This document shows positions 60,143-64,000 of a stretch of DNA of 64,000 bases, piece after piece. Every line of letters begins with the position of its first letter. Positions within the stretch are counted from its first letter, which is position 1. This stretch comes from a virus (Duplodnaviria; Heunggongvirae; Uroviricota; Caudoviricetes): IMG/VR virus record IMGVR_UViG_3300042934_000212. The stretch is one strand, 5' to 3'. The translations under genes were made by a program, and so were the position numbers. Below the pieces are notes generated by a model that saw only the letters and a list, made by a program, of their open reading frames with translations, searched no databases and was not told where the DNA came from.

Positions 60143-60776
60143 TGTATTCTACTAGTGCATTTAATTGTACAACAATCATTAAACTATATGCATAAGCATG
60201 GGGCTTTTTGAAGTAACGTAACTTCTTACCCTCTGCGTCTAGCCCAATACTATCATAATCCCAAATAACCCGCTCAACCTCATCCCAACTATTCATACTC
60301 TGACATTGACGCTTTCCAGGACGGATCATTGCAATAAACATTGCAAGCTCATCGATGCTGCGTGGACGCCAAACATTAAGTAATGTAATATGCTTTTTGA
60401 TTTGAGATAATTCTTCCACGAATTCCGGTACGAGTAACAGATCCCAATCCGGCTCTTTGTTCATCAACTCCTTCAGGTGATCCCTATCCCGTACATGTTC
60501 GTATGCCGATTGAGAAAGAATATCAACTTTTTGGTATCCTAATCTTTCGGCTTCTTTGTACTGAATACTTGCAAGACCACTAATCGGATCTACTGGTATA
60601 TTATCAAAATGAACACCACTGTTATGTGCAATTAAGCCATCTTCAGTAATTCGTTCAACACTTCGAGTACATGGTAATTGCTGGATAACTGACTTTCCAT
60701 CTTTGAAGTCAATATCAATATCAGTCCTAGCTTTACGATAATTAGTATCCGTTGTACTCTTGTGATCCATATCCAT
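60126..60776 (-). CDS. DNA polymerase III alpha (DnaE)-like catalytic fragment
   Basis: TDIDIDF (two catalytic Asp), HNSGV, KVDIL (third Asp), PRSIDELAMFIAMIRPG, FKKPHAYAY. Confidence 0.82.
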   Translation of the reverse strand: MDMDHKSTTDTNYRKARTDIDIDFKDGKSVIQQLPCTRSVERITEDGLIAHNSGVHFDNIPVDPISGLASIQYKEAERLGYQKVDILSQSAYEHVRDRDHLKELMNKEPDWDLLLVPEFVEELSQIKKHITLLNVWRPRSIDELAMFIAMIRPGKRQCQSMNSWDEVERVIWDYDSIGLDAEGKKLRYFKKPHAYAYSLMIVVQLNALVEYIISSS

Positions 60777-61089
60777 TCGTAATTTCCTTCAGTCTTTGTA
60801 CATCATTCTTTAGTGTCTGAATTTCTTGTAGCAGTACTGCAATAGCGTTGTGCTGTTCTTTTAATCTCTGTCTCATGGTATGCATTGCTTCTTCATGATT
60901 CTTAAGAATAGTGACAGTCTGCTCGATACGTTTTGGGTCGGAAACTTGAAAAGTTCTCCCACCTAAAGTGATTTCTGTTACCGAACCTCGTTGAACCATG
61001 TTCAACTTAGATTCAGCACTATCTTTTAAAATTGCACTCTTTTGTGCAAACTTTTCATCTGGTACAGATGAATACATTCCTTTGTTCAT
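60742..61089 (-). CDS. hypothetical coiled-coil protein
   Basis: C-terminal heptads. Confidence 0.65.
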   Translation of the reverse strand: MNKGMYSSVPDEKFAQKSAILKDSAESKLNMVQRGSVTEITLGGRTFQVSDPKRIEQTVTILKNHEEAMHTMRQRLKEQHNAIAVLLQEIQTLKNDVQRLKEITNGYGSQEYNGY

Positions 61090-61805
61090 AGTCCTGCCTC
61101 AACAAGTAAATTTCTTATATCCATAACTTCATCGTTATAACGGATTTGAAGAATCTTGAAATATGTTGGGTCAATGAATCTAACTAAGTAATCTAACTCA
61201 GAGTCTGAGAAACGATTAAGTAGTTTGTTACCACTTTCTGGTGACGCAGTATAAATTATCCAAGGAGATAACTTACCAGTTTCAAACCATAGTATTGCAC
61301 GTTCAGTACTTACATTTTCAAAGAAATCTACCCATTCATTATCTGTGGCAACGCCCCATTCAACTAACGCATTAATTGAACGTTCTATTCCACGACGGGG
61401 ATGTTCATTACGGATATTCTTAATAACCCATTCTTCATATGTCTTATGCGAACGCCATTCGTAAACAGTTAGTCCACTGGTTAACACATGAGTGATGAAT
61501 TGTTCCTTATTTAGAATATCATTAGTTAAAATGTACTGAGCAAATTCATAGAAGTCATTGAAGTAACGTGATTTGATAAATTGCATCAACGGTTCTTCAT
61601 TCTTCTTCATCTGGAACTTGTGTGCTTCCATAAAAAGCATATACAAACGAAATGCCTCACGCATTAAACGTGATTCACGGTCGTTGTATCGGTCACGCTT
61701 AATACAAGCATGAGTAAGTACTGTATCCTCACGCTTATAACATTTTCCACAAAATCTGCATTCATAAGTAGGGGCTTTAGCAGCCCCTTTGTTACTTTTT
61801 GCCAT
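61086..61805 (-). CDS. hypothetical protein with an N-terminal zinc finger
   Basis: YECRFCGKCYKREDTVLTHAC. Confidence 0.7.
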   Translation of the reverse strand: MAKSNKGAAKAPTYECRFCGKCYKREDTVLTHACIKRDRYNDRESRLMREAFRLYMLFMEAHKFQMKKNEEPLMQFIKSRYFNDFYEFAQYILTNDILNKEQFITHVLTSGLTVYEWRSHKTYEEWVIKNIRNEHPRRGIERSINALVEWGVATDNEWVDFFENVSTERAILWFETGKLSPWIIYTASPESGNKLLNRFSDSELDYLVRFIDPTYFKILQIRYNDEVMDIRNLLVEAGL

Positions 61806-62637
61806 ATTTTTCACTTTCTGCTTTGAATTGTTTTAAAAGAGATTTTACCTCTTGTTCAGACGATCCTAAGTCTTTAAGCAATTCCTCAAAGGTATCTTTG
61901 GTATAGCCTGACAATAAAATTTTGTATTCTGCTTCAGTTAATTGAACAGCAGTATACTCAGATTGTGTTCGTTTGATAATCTCGAATAGAGTCTTATCAA
62001 CGTTCTTAATTCCTTTACAGTGTGGCAACCAGTTATGAGCACGTTTCTGTGGTCCAATCATTTCTGATACGGAGCACATCAATTGATAAACTAATTCAGG
62101 GTGATTCTTCATATCCCAAAAATCTTGGTTTACCATATCGTTTAGCATAATCAAATGGAACTTAATAGTTGTGCTGTCAATCAAAGAAATGATTTCAGAC
62201 CCACCAATACCAAATTCTTGCATAGTTGCAATCAAAGCATCGGCTGATGCTTTGTCTTGTACTGCGAACTTGATACGCCAATCGTATTTTGCGTGTTCAT
62301 ACTTAGCTGCACTGATGCAGACTCCTGCACCAGTACTGTTAAACTCATCCTTTAGTTCATTTAGTGCATCTTTACCACCTGATGACCATTTACCAAAGAT
62401 TGATTCTACTTTTCGAGCATTATAAGTTACTTGAACTGAATCATCAAGTGAACTAACCCAACGTAATACAATATATGGTTGGAAATGCTTCTTTTCTTTA
62501 TCACTTAATGTGTCAAAGTAATCATAATCAGCCATGTCAATCTTTTCGAGTAGAAGATTCATATCTAACTTGGTATTTGTACCAGTACTTGAATCTTCTT
62601 CTTCGGTTGCGATTGGTAGACCACTAAAATCGAACAT
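61792..62637 (-). CDS. possible clamp loader small subunit (gp62-like)
   Basis: FQPYIVLRWVSS...NDMVN...HPELVYQLM...NWLP pattern; replication context. Confidence 0.4.
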   Translation of the reverse strand: MFDFSGLPIATEEEDSSTGTNTKLDMNLLLEKIDMADYDYFDTLSDKEKKHFQPYIVLRWVSSLDDSVQVTYNARKVESIFGKWSSGGKDALNELKDEFNSTGAGVCISAAKYEHAKYDWRIKFAVQDKASADALIATMQEFGIGGSEIISLIDSTTIKFHLIMLNDMVNQDFWDMKNHPELVYQLMCSVSEMIGPQKRAHNWLPHCKGIKNVDKTLFEIIKRTQSEYTAVQLTEAEYKILLSGYTKDTFEELLKDLGSSEQEVKSLLKQFKAESEKYGKK

Positions 62638-63140
62638 TATTCACCAATTCCTAAAAATAAATCTTGGATTTTTTCGTTTTCATCTGCAAAGTACACACAC
62701 GGTGGATTCTTGCCATTGTGTAGAGGTACTGCAAGTAAGTTTTTCTTTGGTAGCATTGGAATTTGCCATTTAGTGGTTAGTGTAAACACACGTAGGACTT
62801 TAACGGGTTCATATCGTGGATACATGGAGCGGATTGGGTTATACACAAACGCTCGTGGATCTTTCATATTCAAAATATTCTCAATGGTACACATTTCCAT
62901 CATACCAGTATCTTCGTCGCCTAGCAAAATCTGCCATCCTAACGGTACTTGTACAATGTGATTTCCAATCTGGAGGTCTGCACTGATACTATTGAAAGAA
63001 ACGGTGTTGTGTATATGTTTGAAATAATAATCAGCATCTTCTACTGAGCTTAAATCTAATACACAATACATTTCTTCAGGGATGGTATCAGTTACCAAAT
63101 CCATTTCAAAAGATTGGTTTTCAGGGGTTAGTACATTCAT
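62637..63140 (-). CDS. hypothetical beta-rich protein
   Basis: 167-aa ORF in a replication operon. Confidence 0.7.
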   Translation of the reverse strand: MNVLTPENQSFEMDLVTDTIPEEMYCVLDLSSVEDADYYFKHIHNTVSFNSISADLQIGNHIVQVPLGWQILLGDEDTGMMEMCTIENILNMKDPRAFVYNPIRSMYPRYEPVKVLRVFTLTTKWQIPMLPKKNLLAVPLHNGKNPPCVYFADENEKIQDLFLGIGE

Positions 63141-63149
63141 GTGACTTCC

Positions 63150-63587
63150 TTAATAGTAATTGTCGCCTTCGTCTTCATCATCTTGATAATAATCTTCATC
63201 ATCATCAATACAGCCGTAGAACTCCAATCCATAGGTTTCACACAATTCTTGGATTTTATCAACATCAGTATCAAGGTACACATCAAAATTACCAGTGAAG
63301 CTAATTACATCAATGTAAGATTTAGCATCAGAACTGGCATAGATAATATCGTACTTGTGTTCTTTATCGAATTTAGCATCAAGACGTGCTTTAATGTCGT
63401 AGATATTAACCCACGAGTCATCATCTGCTTGGCAGCGGTAAACATATGTATCTTCCGTTTCTAGATCTGCAATAAAATCTAGTGAAGATACCATGTCGTC
63501 GATTAGTGATTCTTCCGATATTAGGGTATCAATAATCTCCAAAATTTCAGAATCGCCAATAAAAGCGATACTTGATCGAAGTTCCAT
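63150..63587 (-). CDS. hypothetical acidic protein
   Basis: 145-aa ORF. Confidence 0.65.
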   Translation of the reverse strand: MELRSSIAFIGDSEILEIIDTLISEESLIDDMVSSLDFIADLETEDTYVYRCQADDDSWVNIYDIKARLDAKFDKEHKYDIIYASSDAKSYIDVISFTGNFDVYLDTDVDKIQELCETYGLEFYGCIDDDEDYYQDDEDEGDNYY

Positions 63588-63618
63588 TTCAAAATTTCCT
63601 TTTATTCTGTATGTCTAT

Positions 63619-63647
63619 ATTATATCACAAATTTCCAAATCATTCCA
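63619..63647 (-). promoter_or_regulatory. variant phage-specific promoter TGGAAT-N17-TATAAT
   Basis: One mismatch to the motif; upstream of the operon containing the DnaE catalytic fragment. Confidence 0.55.
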
Positions 63648-64000
63648 TATTTTCCCAATTATCTACTTCCATTTCGACATAAGGATACTGAACTTCTTTG
63701 TAGTATGCGATTCGTTCTCGACGGTGCTTAGCACTGTACTTATTAGAACCAGAAATATCATAAATCTCAACGTGGTCTTTGTCTTCTGCTCGACGTAATC
63801 CACGACCGATACTCTGAATAGTCCTAACGAAACTCTTCCCAGGTTCGATTAGTACTACATTATATAGACGACTGATACTAATACCTGTACTTGCAACACC
63901 ATAGGTAGCAATTAGTATTTTGTTATCAGCCCAACGTATTTCACCATAAGATGCTTCACGGTCTTTCTTTTTGGTGTTTCCACGGACAAATTCTGAAACT
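63640..64000 (-). CDS. uvsW: UvsW-like SF2 helicase, C-terminal part
   Basis: Manual translation ILIATYGVASTGISI...KSFVRTIQSIGRGLR...YDIS...KHRRERIAYY; TGA at 63640. Confidence 0.85.
   Translation of the reverse strand, partial: VSEFVRGNTKKKDREASYGEIRWADNKILIATYGVASTGISISRLYNVVLIEPGKSFVRTIQSIGRGLRRAEDKDHVEIYDISGSNKYSAKHRRERIAYYKEVQYPYVEMEVDNWENME

Overview
This is an AT-rich, gene-dense stretch, almost entirely on the minus strand, from a large T4-related jumbo myophage. The gene content resembles the enterobacterial GAP32/RaK2/PBECO4-type jumbo phages (inferred, not searched). 1-22 kb is mainly accessory genes: an AAA ATPase, an ATP-grasp protein, tRNA-Ser(GCT), NadR+PnuC, NADAR, a LemA/TPM-like pair, a DEDDh exonuclease, a TelA-like pair and many small hypothetical or paralogous ORFs. 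22-64 kb mixes replication and nucleotide genes (clamp loader, two-subunit topoisomerase II, Dda, RNase H, DHFR, NrdAB, MazG-like, DnaB-like helicase, primase, UvsW-like helicase), host-like genes (GroES, ClpS, IF3, YggL-like, Sm/Hfq-like) and putative virion proteins. The most notable signals are: (1) a standalone, highly structured ~490-nt putative ncRNA at ~11.6-12.1 kb with its own promoter, closing helix and terminator; (2) a minimal DnaE-type polymerase core split exactly at the palm into two small genes 33 kb apart; (3) three tandem small paralogs resembling the C-terminal (DUF3696-like) segment of defence ABC-ATPases; (4) a phage-specific promoter class TGAAAY-N17-TATAAT in nine copies upstream of replication operons and the RNA genes; (5) TAAATA late motifs located in hairpin loops; (6) paralogous HExxH proteins, one with a GNAT-like tail; (7) tandem T-holin-like genes; (8) strong GTAC/AGTACT enrichment. 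All assignments are by motif recognition only, with no database searches.
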